Part shown: positions 10,836 to 24,576 of the stretch, one piece after another
How positions within the stretch are numbered: the first letter of the stretch is position 1
Layout: every line of letters starts with the position of its first letter
DNA from: Octopus bimaculoides
Lineage: Eukaryota
Length of the DNA: 48,524 bases
Assembly: GCF_001194135.2 (NCBI RefSeq)
Contig: NC_068983.1
Location: 160,953,939-161,002,462 of the forward strand
Reading direction: 5' to 3'
Notes under the pieces: generated by a model
What the model saw: only the letters and a program-made list of their open reading frames with translations
Told to the model about the DNA's origin: nothing
The model's database searches: none
Translations under genes and position numbers: made by a program

Positions 10836-13119
10836 CAATGCAGGAGATATTTTGACCGAAAGGTTTTATCCCAGATAAAAATCTACTGTACGCTGAACCG
10901 GCGATATGGCAGAGACGTTAGAGGACGAGACAGAAGGTTATGTAGTATCTGTTCTGACTGTCTGCACCCTGATTTCAAATCTCACAGAGTTCAATTTTTA
11001 CATTTCACCTTCTCGGATGAAAATTTATCAATATAGAGTGATGGATTAGTGGAACTGTTAGAGGATAGTGTGACTCGTCTTACAGTATTTGTTCCGACTC
11101 TTTGCGTTCTGACAGCAACAACACCACCAGAGTTACCGTTGCTTCGCTCTATTGGCCTAAGTCGGCAGCGTTTCCATTAAATTAACATCGGTAGTATGGG
11201 GAAGGGAGACTTTCAGACGAGAGTAGTTGCTAGTCTTCCTCAGAACCTCTTGCCTAGGTCTTCGTATAGATGTATAGTCAATATTGAACGATAAGGGCTC
11301 TACTGCACAATGATTTGAGAATATGGGTTTAGACATAAGAGGAGAAAACCAGTTCGGATCTTATTCTGAGTATTCGTTAACTAGGTGTTAACAAAATTTT
11401 GGAAGTTGGCACAATGAATTTGACTTATTCATTTACTCGGAAAACTAATGACATGGAATTTAGAGATAAAAGGCTGTCATTTGAACGTCAGTGTTATATA
11501 TATATATATATGGAAAGACTGGACGTTAGAAGTGCTTAGAGAACGTTTTGCATTAGAAAAATTTTAAATGAGTGAAATTTGAAAACTGATCAACCATGTT
11601 TCCGTAGGAGATAAATTATGGAAATGTGGAGATTTTGTTTATTTTAATGAATGAGAAACTGCAGAAAGGATTTCCTTCAAAGAACTACATCAAAGCTGTT
11701 ATTTCAAGGTAAAAGGAGTGGTACATGCGGTATATGCCCTTTTCCTTTTTAAGTGAGGAGGGAATCTCTCATTTAGACCACCTTGTAGAAAATATGAGAA
11801 TGATGGGATCAGTTAGTGCAGTTAATGCCGTAATACTGGGTGAGGTTCTGTGGAAGGGGTAAATTTCCAGCAAGTTCGTTCCAGGATTCGGTTTCGGTAC
11901 CATCTAATATATATTTCATTTCCATTTCTAATACTTTGTTGAGAATACCGATTTTCACCTAAGCTTCTTTGCTATCCGTATAGATATAAGGGCTTGTGTG
12001 TATGTGAGAATTATGTTAGAGTAACTAAACTCAATTTTCTAGTTAACCATTTTAAAAACATTTAGGCTAATACAAGCGAATTTCTGTACGTGTGTCCTCA
12101 TGGCTTCTTTGTTTGCAGTCACAACTCCTCAGTGGGTTAACATAGCACATCAAGACAGTACATATTTAGAAACAGAATAACTCCGAGAGTGTTTCTATGT
12201 TACTTTGACTCTCAGGTCTGCGACGCAAATACGAACTGCCACGCAACACCTTCAGTTCTCATGATCAGCAATATGCGAACTAAGAATTATATCAATGGAA
12301 GTAGACGTTGTGGAAACAAACAAGTTGGATGTTGGTTGGGGAATTATATTTAAACTATTTAGAGATTGGATGCGAAACAGTGAGAATGATTATATTTTTT
12401 TAACTCCTTTGACTTCCAAAATTGCGTCGGCAGTAAAACACATTTTGTGTTGGTTTGATAAGATGCCTCTGAAGTGTAATTTTGTTATTCATAAAATCTT
12501 TTCTCTCCAGACGAAATCTATGGAATATGAAGCGATACTCAGTTTCTTCATATGGATTTTATTCTTCAAAGAAAAAAGTTCTTCTCTTTCATGAACGAAG
12601 TTTTTCTTTCAAGCGGTTTTTAAAAGTCAAATTAGAATTCACGAACGGTAATAAATAAATTTATTTTCATTAAAACAATGTTAAAAGAGTTGTACATATC
12701 GATATCAAGATAGAAGGATGGCAAAACAAAATATGATGAGAGGAGAAATTAAATCAAAAACTAGAATAACCAAAGATTATGAATTGCAGCAAAATTTATA
12801 GAAAAGATTTGGAAAAGTTTTGACTCGACATAATCGGATAAAGCTTTGGACTGGACAAATCTTACAAAACCAGCGATACTAAGACTCCAGAAGATCGGGT
12901 GAAATTTTGATTTGCAAATATTCGCATGATAAATTATATTTATGCAAATAAAGATTTATTGATGATATCTCATGGCTTTTTATTTTTAAGTGCTTTAATT
13001 TTTATGATCTTACTTTAGGTCGAAGGTCTAACAGCCCTACATACAAGCTAAAGTGAAATGCCGCCCAGCGGACGGCATATCGATAGTGACGGAAATATTT
13101 ATTATTATTGCTGTATTTG

Positions 13120-13400
13120 TCCCGTCTCTTTGGATTCTGAGTTAAAATTCCGACGAGGTCAACTTTGCCTTTCATCTTTTGGGGATCGAAAAGATAAAAC
13201 CCCACCTTCTCAAAATCGTTGGCTTTTTGCTTAAACTAGAAACCGTTATTATAGTGGTACTTATTCTGGTTTTTTACCTTTCTGAGTTGAAATCCTGTCG
13301 GAGTGTACTTTAGCTTTCATAATTTTAGCATCAATAAATTCTAGCACCAGTTAAGTACTGGTGTCGATGTAATCAATTAACGTCATCCCCCTAGTTGCCT
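13120..13400 (+). mobile_element. Two degenerate SINE family C fragments
   Basis: ttctgagttaaaattccgacgaggtcaactttgcctttcatc at about 13136 and a more decayed copy at about 13280 match the core of 38041-38254. Confidence 0.65.
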
Positions 13401-13789
13401 ACTTTAGTGACAATTATTAAGAGTGATGAATTGAGAAAATTTTAGGAACATCGGGAAAATGGCTTCCAGAATTTCTTCTGGCTCTTTATGTTCTCGGTTC
13501 AGAATCTTACTAAGATCACCCATGCCTTTCATCGTCCCAAGGTCGATATATGATGTACCAATCACGCACAAAGGTTCGTTTAATCACTTAAAGCCCCCAC
13601 CCCATCCCATAATTTCAAGCCTTGCCCCTGAAGTTATTATCACTCTTAATCTTATTAACAATACAATGACTGACAGAAATTTAGATCGTCTTAATTTACA
13701 GGATGTTTGCAATTTAGAAAAATAAAACACAATACCCCGCCCAAAAATAAAATAATTTTAAAAATCAATACTATCAATTAGATTATGGC

Positions 13790-14400
13790 TGGGAGATAAC
13801 AGTTTACTCAAAGTAGTAGCCCTCAGGTCTCAAGACGGCTCCAAAACCTGATACATGCGTTTCTCATTGTGTCCCCGGGAAGATCTTCGAACACTTCTTT
13901 TATCTTGGCCACCAGCTCGACCTTGGTTTTACAGGCAGAGCGGATGGTTTCTTTCTCAATAGCGCTCCACACATAGTAATCCATAGGATTACAATCGTAG
14001 AAATTAGAGGGCCAGAAAAGGGGGCTAATGAAGTCATAGAAATTCTCCGACAACACATTCTGACTCTTTTCAGAGGTATGGCTAGGAACAGAATCTTGCT
14101 GGTACACATGTGGCTTTCCAGCAGCAACCCTCTCCGGCCAGGGATTGACCACAATCTCCATCAACTTCCCATAGCCGTTTGAGTTGAGCCTAATGCCCTG
14201 TTCAAAGATAAAGGGATGAATTCCGGCGTGCTGACACAGTCAGAACACATGCTGAGCCCTTTCGTGTTGGCCACGGCTTTGTTGTCTCCATTGCAGCTGT
14301 CCATTTCACATGTTACAGTCTTTACAGAGTCCCTCGAGGATTGAGTAGCAGTCATGATGTCGGTATTTTGATCATTATGATACAGGTAACTTCTTCCCGA
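13790..14400 (-). mobile_element. Decayed DD37D (maT/Bmmar1-type) Tc1/mariner-superfamily transposon, catalytic C-terminal part
   Basis: ORF 13823-14164 has QQDSVPSHTSEKSQ...FWPSNFYDCNPMDYYVW with 37 residues between the second and third D by my count. Upstream in frame is PFIFEQGIRLNSNGY. A possible TIR remnant tacaggatgttt lies at about 13697. Confidence 0.85.
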
Positions 14401-15466
14401 TATTGAGATGGCTTCCAGTCCTCCATGTCAGCTAATTGTTTCTCAACTACAACTTTATGCTCTCAAACGCCGTTGACAGTTTACCAATATATCAAGCTGT
14501 TCCTGAAAAAGGAGACATAAAAATCGTCAAATTTAGCCCCAATACGTTGTATCTTCCCTATGCGTTCGGTCTCAATGAAATGTATTTTGGCTTAGGTCGA
14601 TAAAATATACATCACCGCTTTATAAATGTCAGTTCGTAAAATCATCCATTATTATTATTAGCATTAATAATCGCTGAAAATTGGGTTTTTCGATTTATCT
14701 CTACATTTCTAGCCATTATTTTAATTGACGCCATTCAACTTTTCTTTTTCGTAACTTTTCGGGCTCTTATAAGTAATTTAGAGTTTTTAGGCGACTTATA
14801 GTTAACATTATAATCATAGAATTTACTTCAAACAACTTAAAAGTTTTTCCAGTTAGTAATTGCAGATATTCTTCTTCACTTCCTCCGAGAATATGAAGAT
14901 GTCGACCTTATTCAACTAACTGATTTCATGTCAAACTTCAAAGACCTTCATACAAGTTGTTTACTAAGTGTGTATGTAAATGTACGGTATTACGAGACTC
15001 GTATAAGGTAAATTTGAGACAACTACACAAGTTAGTGAATTGGACATTAAAGTATAACAGGCAAATCTAAAATTAAGGATTATAAAGTAGAAAACTTATG
15101 TAATGATTAATAGTAAATAAACTAAAAGAGACGGTGATATTATCGAGGAGAGATTTGAGAGACGGAGACAGAAACAAAGAATTGAAGATTGGGGTGCAGC
15201 AATCATCATATTTATTAGATACATTATTTGTTTGAAGTAGAGGTTCTGCTTTGGTTAATTCTAATCGGAGATGGCGTTGTTCTATTATCAACGGCTCCAA
15301 CCTCCTCACTGGAAACCATGCGAGAAATTGAAATTGTTACTAAATTCTGTTATTTTTATTCGGAAGCCATAAGTCAAGACTAAAAGGAAATTCAGCGACG
15401 GTTTTTCTGTCTGCTCAAAGCGCCGATAAAGGTGAGAGAAAGAGGTGGGTACTGAAAGAATTAGAC

Positions 15467-15558
<92 letters not shown>

Positions 15559-15560
15559 AG
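15467..15560. repeat. (GT)n(GA)n microsatellite
   Basis: Direct reading. Confidence 0.95.
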
Positions 15561-16011
15561 AGGAGGTTGGGGTGGGTAACATAGACAGAAATAGAGGTGA
15601 AAAGTAGAAAGAGAGAGGGGGGGAATAGAGAATGCTGGAAAGAGTGTATGGCAATGAAAGAGTATAGAATGATGGAGGGAAATAGAAGCAGGGATAGAGT
15701 GATAAAGAGTGTATTAGAGAAAAAGCAAGAGATAAAGAAAAAAGTAGAAATAATAGTTAGAAATAAAAGACTGAAGGAAATTAGAGTACGAAAAGAAAAA
15801 TAGAGAAAATATGAAACCAGTGTAAATGGTTAAAGATGCTTACAAATTATATTTTATTGAATAGTCGCCCTTCCAGTTTGCCGAGCTGGGTTTCCAAACG
15901 TATTTTACAAAAATGTAAATAAAAACTAAAAATAAAAAAAAATTAAAAAAAACATTCTTAAATGTTTAGGACTTTTGTCTATTGAAAAAGTTTCCTTTTC
16001 TTACACTTATT

Positions 16012-16262
16012 ACCGGCAGGATCATTAATGCGTCGGTCAAAATGTTTTATAGCATTTCTTCCGGCTCTTTTACGTTCGCAGTTCAAATTCCGCCAAGGTC
16101 AGTTTTACCATTCAAATTTTCGGGATCAATAAAATAAGTACCAGTTGAGCATTGGAGACAATATAATCGACTTGCCCCTTCCCACTAAAATTTCTGGCCT
16201 TCTGCCAAATTTAAAGAGAACTATTATTATTATTATAACTATTATTATTATTATTATTATTA

Positions 16263-16299
<37 letters not shown>

Positions 16300-16540
16300 G
16301 GCGACAAGATGCTCAGCGGCATTTCTTTCGGTTCTTGACTTTCTGAGTTCAAATTCCGGCGAGGTCGACTTTGCCTCCATCCAATCGGTGTCGATAAAAT
16401 AAGTATCTGTTAAGAGCTAAGGTCGATGTAATCGGCTAGAATTCATCACACTAAATTCCAAGCCTTCTGCCTAAAGTAGAAAAAATTATTATTAAGAAAG
16501 CGTTGACCTGGCAGAATCGTTAGCACTCTAGACAATGCAT
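16012..16540 (+). mobile_element. Head-to-tail cluster of three SINE family C copies (16012-16220, 16298-16495, head only 16497-16540) separated by (ATT)n tails
   Basis: The first two contain (g)ttcaaattccg...gtc.a.ttt.cc and gataaaataagta; the third has ctggcagaatcgttagcac; (ATT)n at 16223-16297. Confidence 0.8.
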
Positions 16541-19290
16541 CTTTCCCAGCGCGCCAAGCTTACAAAGATCGATTTCCGAATTAGTTGAGCGTACGTTGAC
16601 AGGGACAATAATCAACAACAAATGGTTCCCTCTGAGAAAAGGTGATTAGAGTAGAATTGATAAGGTTCAGTAAGGTTTTAGCGATAAATTAAAGTAGAAA
16701 ACGACTTAGGAACTTAGGAGAAGCGCTTAGGAAAGGCGATATTGACTCTCGACAAATTATTCAACGCGAAGCGCGAAAACTGCATTATCAGAGTTTAGGC
16801 GCATATTCTTAGAGACGTGGAGATAAGAGTCGTTCGATTGGCCCGTGTGGCGAAGTCGCAACTTGGTATTAAAGCCATGATTTGTTTTCTGATGGACCAT
16901 AATAGGTACATGTTACTTGTCTCCAAGATAATGAGTGTAGTTTTTAAGCAGCGTCTCAGTGGACTGTTCAGGATGAATGGCGGGTCGAAATGCACGATGG
17001 ATTTCAGAGTTCAGCTCAGCAAGCGAGGTGAAGTGTTACGAAAAGCACGTAACTGCCTCAGAAATACGGGAGGAAATGGTTGGTTGCACAGCGATCAAAT
17101 ATGCTTGGTCTTTCTTGCGAATCGAGAAGTGATAGCGCTACTGAGAGAGGACAAACAAGAGAATTACATTGATAATTTTTTACCCATACCTCTGCTAAAC
17201 TCAGATTTCAGAATTTTTGCCAAGGTGTTAACAAGGCAACTGGTGCTTGTCGTCAATGGTCTAATCGGTGATGAGCATATATGCTCCATTCCGAACAGAT
17301 CTATCAACAATAACTTCCATCTTCTCCGATACATAACATAGAAGGTAGGCAATGAAACTGGCATGAGTGGGGTGGCCCTGATTAACTTGGATCAAAGAAA
17401 GGCTGTCGATAGGGTCGACCACCAGTACTTGGTGATAGTCTTCAACAAAGTCGGTTTGGCTCCTATTCAGAAGGTGGGCCGCTGCAATGTACATTTGCTT
17501 GCTGGTTAAGTTAGGGTGAATGGCCACTCATCGGAACCATTCAGGTTTATCCAGGTTACACCTTCTCGTCTTTTCTGTGTGTACTGGTTCTTAAGCCGCT
17601 CTGCTGAAACTAAACACGTTGAGGAGCATTTCGCTTGAACTAGGTGTGTGAACAACTGTGTCAGCATCAGGGGCGACGTCATCATCATAGCGTCAGAGAC
17701 CAAGCACATCGTAGAGATGTGCTTGGTCACGTGGGGACAAGAGTTGTTCGATTAGCACGCATCTAAACCCTGATAATGCAGTTTTCATGCTTGGCGTTGA
17801 ATAATTTGTCGAGGGTCAAAAAGGCTGTGACAGGAGCAAAAATTCCCCAAGAAAATCAGTGGGCTTGATGCTTAACACCATGAGAATCAAGTCCGTGCTG
17901 TCCAACAGCGCTCGACGGACGGACCGGTTAAGTAGGTAGGGGTCTGATTTGTTCCAGATCTTCAAGTGAAAAAGAACAGAGACAAGGTAACTGGAAGGGT
18001 GGCCACTATCACCCACAAATGAGCAGAGAGGAAGCCCCCTGAAAGATCGAGCAAAGAGGGCGAACGTTTACATCACCTCCGTCATATAGTACCGTCATGG
18101 TTTGCCCCAGTTCATGTCTCTCCGCACTGAATCGCCTGCTCTTTTGCTTTCTATGGAAGAGACACGTTTCAATGCTTAAGCGCTCCGTTTGTCGTCAAGA
18201 CTCACTGAGTGGAGTAGTGGGCATGCCGTGGCTGATGGTGCTCAGACATCTTCTAGGACTGCAACATCTCCCACGTTTCCATGAAGATTTAGCAGGCATG
18301 GTTGCAGTTTGTGAGACTCACTTTTCCACAGCTCACCTCTTTCACAGAGCTGCAGTCCTGGATCATGCGTAGACCGGGGCAGGGCACCTGTCATCTAAAG
18401 TACTTAAAACCAAGTAATACTACAAGACAAGGAATGCGGTCGGTGCAAGTTCCACTTCGGTGTCCTATTGAGAAATCTTGGAGGGCATCATTTACGACGT
18501 TCCCAAAGAGATCCTCGGAGTCGACAAGAACCAACTGGTAGGTCTAACTTTCTGCGCGAACCCAACAAATAATCTCCAGAAATTTCTAGTTTGCCAGGGC
18601 TACTGGGATATTGCCAGTTCGAAATACCTGCAGAGCGACAAAACTATTCTGAATGTACTCGTCCAATGCCCGGGGAACGTTACTAACTTGTATAATTATG
18701 CCGAACACTTGCTGTCGTAAGTAGGTCGGTATAACAATGAGCTGTGTCCATTGTGAAGATTGTCCTGCTGTCTGCCTTTGGCGGACAAGGACAGGCAGTT
18801 TTTATCTGTCTGGTAGTCTTAAGGAAATGGATTGCATAATGGCTCAGACACACAGAGCTGAAGAGAGATACATTCCTCTTTGGCCAAGCCCGCGTCAACT
18901 TTTTCAAGATCAAATGAAAAAAAAGTGAGGGTAGAGAGGGAAGTACTGCCTTTCACAAAATTTGTTAAAAGGAAGATGAGAATAGCCAGAACAGTCCCAA
19001 TGAACGAACCGTTTTTGAGTATACACCTATAGACTGAGGAAAGAGGATAAAAAGGCACTTGCTTTAGGGTGTTTATAATTTTGTTGGGGTTTGCACGAGA
19101 AACACTCGGAAACCTACCTATTTATGAGGGAATTATTGATTGTTTGCATTTTTGTTTCTATGCTGCTGTTATTCTATTGTTTACACGCTTTTATATAGTC
19201 CCACATTGTATTGTACAGTATTGTCCTGTATCATCATCGATCTTTTTGTAAACCCTTAGTGGTTAATAAAGAAAATATTATTATTATTGT
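16541..19290 (+). mobile_element. 5'-truncated, decayed L1/Tx1-clade LINE (ORF2 RT and C-terminus, 3' UTR, (TTA)n tail)
   Basis: ORF 16817-17341 NFLPIPLLNSDFRIFAKVLTRQL...CSIPNRSINNNFHLLRY; INLDQRKAVDRVDHQYL at 17381-17431; decayed QGCPLSP region near 17550; KTILNVLVQCP near 18640; 3' end ccttagtggttaataaagaaaatattattatt. Confidence 0.9.
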
Positions 19291-19298
19291 TATTACTA

Positions 19299-19330
<32 letters not shown>

Positions 19331-19826
19331 GTTTTTGTTGTTGTTAATTTGATTTTATAGGTTGCTTTTTTTTTATCTATTTTTCATTCGTCTCTTCTCC
19401 GAAAGCGACCGTCTTTTTTTATTGTTTATTTTTTTTAACGTATTATCTGACGTCGCATTGGTGCCATCACGTTTTTAAGTTGGCAACTCTTATTTCTCGA
19501 GGCAGACTCCAACCAAAGAATTGGTCATGTTAGGCGGCAGCCGTTGAAATAATTTACCTAACTTCCGTTATTGTTCAATATTTTTTGATTACATTCCGAG
19601 TTATTTCCAGAGAATGGAACATTTGCTGCTGGTCACTCAGGGCCAGTAAGTCTAACTGGCTTCCGCTTTCCAATGAAAGTAAAAAGAAAGAAAGAACAAA
19701 AACAAAAAGCAAAGAAGCTAATAATTCTTTTTCTTTCTCACTTCTTCCTTTTCATTATCTGTTTTGTCTTCATTTTTACTCTCACTCTACAATATTCATT
19801 GCACTATTTATTAATCTAATAATGCG

Positions 19827-20360
<534 letters not shown>

Positions 20361-20599
20361 ACACACATACTCATATCTGCGCGCATACGCTTGCTTGTAT
20401 GTATATATCTTCATTTTCCCAATTTTCTCTTTATATTTCACCACGACTACACACTCCTTCATCACCTACTTTCTCTCCCATACATACATAAGACCTGTCG
20501 CCTAATCAAGATATATCGCCGTCTCTTGCTCTTCTGATTAATTATCTGTTTATTCATCCATTTATCTATCTGTAGTTCTTTTTATTTTCCTCATTTATT

Positions 20600-21063
<464 letters not shown>

Positions 21064-21070
21064 GTACATA

Positions 21071-22301
21071 TAGAGGGTTTGGACAAAATAATGGAAACAC
21101 TTGGCATTATAGTATCATAATTTTAAAATATCTATAAAACCGTCAAAAGCTTGTTTATTTTCATGTTTTTTGATGTATTATAAAGTGTTGCTTAATGTTT
21201 TGCTAAAATTGCAGTTTCCTTTCAGATATCATCAGAAAAAGGTAATAAAAATTCATTAAAATGACAGATCTATCGGACTTTCAAAGAGGTCAAATTCTTG
21301 GTGCTTGTATGGCAGGCGCTAGCGTAATGAAAACAATCAAAATATTTGGTGTATCAAGAAGTATCGTCTCGATAGTAATGACAGCCTTTGAGAAAAAGGA
21401 AAAAGCCTCCTCATCGAAACAAAACTCTGGAAGAAAACCAAAGCTTTCAGATTGGGACCGTCGGACCCTTACGCGAATTGTAAGAAAGGATCAAAAAAGT
21501 ACTACTCTCACAATCACTGCAGAGTTTAATGACCACCTCGAGAACCCAGTTTCCACAAAAGCTGTTTGCCAGGAGCTGCACAAAGCCGGGTTTCACGGGA
21601 GGGCAGCAATCAAAAAACCACTACTTTCAAAAACAAACGTTGTAAAAGCGTTTAGAGTGGAATAAAAACCTACAGAATTGGTCCCTAGAGCAATGGAAGA
21701 ATGCTATTTTCTCGGACGAGTCATCCATTACCTTATTTCCAACCACCGGCCGAGTGTACGTGTGGAGACAGCCAAAGGAGGCATTTGACCCAGAACGCCT
21801 TCTTCCAACTATTAAACATGGAGGATGATCTATGATGATCTTGGGGGCTATATCTTGGAAATCCACCGGCCTGATAGTTTCTATTCATGGCAGAATTAAT
21901 AGTGAAGACTATTTAAGTATTTTATCGGATCAAATTCATCCTATGGTTGCTGAACTGTTTCCGGAGGGAAACGCAATCTTTAAGCATGATAATGCATCAA
22001 TTCACACAGCTAAAGTTGTTAATGAATGGCACAAGGAACATTCTAGTGAAGTTTATCATCTTGTCTGGCCACCACAGTCCCCAGATCTCAATATTACTGA
22101 ACATTTATGGTGCATTTTAGAAAAGCAAGTAAAGAGTTGATAACCTCCATCATCATCACTACAAGAACTGGAGACTGTTTTAGCTGAAGAAGGAACAAAT
22201 ATTCCTTTGGAAACAATTCAAACTTCGGACGAGTCCATACCTCGTAGAATTCAACCTGTAGTTACTGCCAAAGGCAGTACTCCATATTAAAATAAATTTG
22301 T
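21071..22301 (+). mobile_element. Near full-length Tc1-family transposon with DD36E spacing (Incomer-like); right TIR hidden in the gap
   Basis: TA at 21069-21070, then TIR-like tagagggtttggacaaaataatggaaacac. The transposase pseudogene is listed separately. The element runs into N at 22302. Confidence 0.9.
21261..22290 (+). pseudogene. Tc1 transposase pseudogene, DD36E
   Basis: MTDLSDFQRGQILG...GRKPKL...; SDES at 21712; HDNASIHTAKVVNEWHKEHSSEVYHLVWPPQSPDLNITE has 36 residues between D and E. One frameshift near 21645, stops near 21827 and 22138, terminal TAA at 22288-22290. Confidence 0.9.
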
Positions 22302-23211
22302 NNNNNNNNNNNNNNNNNNNNNNNNNNNNNNNNNNNNNNNNNNNNNNNNNNNNNNNNNNNNNNNNNNNNNNNNNNNNNNNNNNNNNNNNNNNNNNNNNNN
22401 NNNNNNNNNNNNNNNNNNNNNNNNNNNNNNNNNNNNNNNNNNNNNNNNNNNNNNNNNNNNNNNNNNNNNNNNNNNNNNNNNNNNNNNNNNNNNNNNNNNN
22501 NNNNNNNNNNNNNNNNNNNNNNNNNNNNNNNNNNNNNNNNNNNNNNNNNNNNNNNNNNNNNNNNNNNNNNNNNNNNNNNNNNNNNNNNNNNNNNNNNNNN
22601 NNNNNNNNNNNNNNNNNNNNNNNNNNNNNNNNNNNNNNNNNNNNNNNNNNNNNNNNNNNNNNNNNNNNNNNNNNNNNNNNNNNNNNNNNNNNNNNNNNNN
22701 NNNNNNNNNNNNNNNNNNNNNNNNNNNNNNNNNNNNNNNNNNNNNNNNNNNNNNNNNNNNNNNNNNNNNNNNNNNNNNNNNNNNNNNNNNNNNNNNNNNN
22801 NNNNNNNNNNNNNNNNNNNNNNNNNNNNNNNNNNNNNNNNNNNNNNNNNNNNNNNNNNNNNNNNNNNNNNNNNNNNNNNNNNNNNNNNNNNNNNNNNNNN
22901 NNNNNNNNNNNNNNNNNNNNNNNNNNNNNNNNNNNNNNNNNNNNNNNNNNNNNNNNNNNNNNNNNNNNNNNNNNNNNNNNNNNNNNNNNNNNNNNNNNNN
23001 NNNNNNNNNNNNNNNNNNNNNNNNNNNNNNNNNNNNNNNNNNNNNNNNNNNNNNNNNNNNNNNNNNNNNNNNNNNNNNNNNNNNNNNNNNNNNNNNNNNN
23101 NNNNNNNNNNNNNNNNNNNNNNNNNNNNNNNNNNNNNNNNNNNNNNNNNNNNNNNNNNNNNNNNNNNNNNNNNNNNNNNNNNNNNNNNNNNNNNNNNNNN
23201 NNNNNNNNNNN
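22302..23211. other. Largest assembly gap; others include 2362-2885, 3739-4112, 7633-7788, 26422-26646, 31951-32368, 32716-32957, 43676-44004
   Basis: Runs of N. Confidence 1.
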
Positions 23212-23971
23212 TATATATATATATATATATATATTCTATCTATCAATCTATCTACTTATCTATCGAGCTATCTATCTATCTGTCTATCTATCACTTAATA
23301 CCATCGATGAAACGTATACAAACAACCCCATTCTTGTTGGCATCTTAAGCCATGGGCACACTGTGCAGTTGCCAGGAGTCTCATAGGTCTAGGAACCCAA
23401 TTTATATTTATATTTGAACCTTATGTTATTGACTAGCTATCAATACTACAGGGCTCAGCGCACTGATTTGTTCGGAGGCCTTTAATGTTGCTAAGACGGC
23501 CCTACTCATCATACAACAAAATTCAAATAGCATACAAAATACAGGTCTATGCCTCTTAACACAATATTCGATGCGCTTCAAAAATACAGAGGTGCACTTC
23601 GTAATGAAGCAGGAACTCGCATGAAAGTGTCAAAAACAATTATAACTTAACTTAGGAACAAGGCTAGAAATTATGAGTTTGAGTGAGCTAGTCGATTAAA
23701 ATGAACTGCAGTGATTGACTGTTACTTTATTTTATCGGTCTGGGAAAGACTGAAAGCAAGGTTATCCGCTGTGGGATTTGAACACCGAGTCGAAACAAAT
23801 AGCGCAAAGCATTATCTAACACTCTAACCATTCTGGTAATCATCCACCTTGAAAATAATTTAAAAAAAAAAAGAAGCTAAGCCGTAACTTACAAGCGATT
23901 GTGACCCGGTAGCTTTTACCAGCTTTAAGCTGTAAATTGTTCAGATAGATCATAAGCACTTAAAACAACCA

Positions 23972-24200
23972 AATAATAATAATAATCCTTTCTACTAAAG
24001 GCACAAGGCCTGAAATTTGGTGGGAGGAGACTAGTCGATTACATCGACTCCAGTGCGTAAGTAGTATATATTTCATCGACACGGAAAAGATGAAAGGCAA
24101 AATCGACCTCAGGGGAGTTTGAACTCAGAACGTAAGGACGGACAAAATGCCGCTAAGCATTTTTCCCGGTGTGCTAACGATTCTGCCAGCTCACCGTCTT
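23972..24200 (-). mobile_element. SINE family C, full length
   Basis: rc aagacggtgagctggcagaatcgttagcac...gagttcaaactcc...gcctttcatc...ccttgtgcctttagtagaaagg plus (ATT)n tail. Confidence 0.88.
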
Positions 24201-24216
24201 AATAATAATAATAATA

Positions 24217-24251
<35 letters not shown>

Positions 24252-24354
24252 AACTAGCTGAACCCGTGAAAATTTCACAGAAAATATAAAAAATGTAAGC
24301 ATCTATAAATTGTGTGCTGATGCCATGAGAAATGTTTCTATACTGTGACAGTTA

Positions 24355-24576
24355 AAGGCGGCGAGCTGGCCGAAACGTTAGCACGCCGGGTGAAATGCTT
24401 AGCGGTATTTCGTCTGTCTTTATGTTCTGAGTTCAAATTCTACCGAGGTCGACTTTGCTTTTCATCCTTTCGAGGTCAATAAATTAAGTACCAGTTATGT
24501 ACTGGGGTCGATCTTAACGACTGGCCCTTTCCCACCAAAAATTTCAGGACTTGTGCCTATGGTAGAAAAGTATATT
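24355..24576 (+). mobile_element. SINE family C, full length
   Basis: aaggcggcgagctggccgaaacgttagcacg...gagttcaaattc...cttgtgcctatggtagaaaag; close match to 38041-38254. Confidence 0.9.

Noticed and set aside
10767-11036. 89-aa ORF MVMAGKPL...
   Set aside because: Overlaps decayed SINE-like repeats; no protein motif.
12119-12180. Possible terminal exon VTTPQWVNIAHQDSTYLETE* after a strong acceptor
   Set aside because: No recognisable domain or partner exon; expected by chance in 48 kb.
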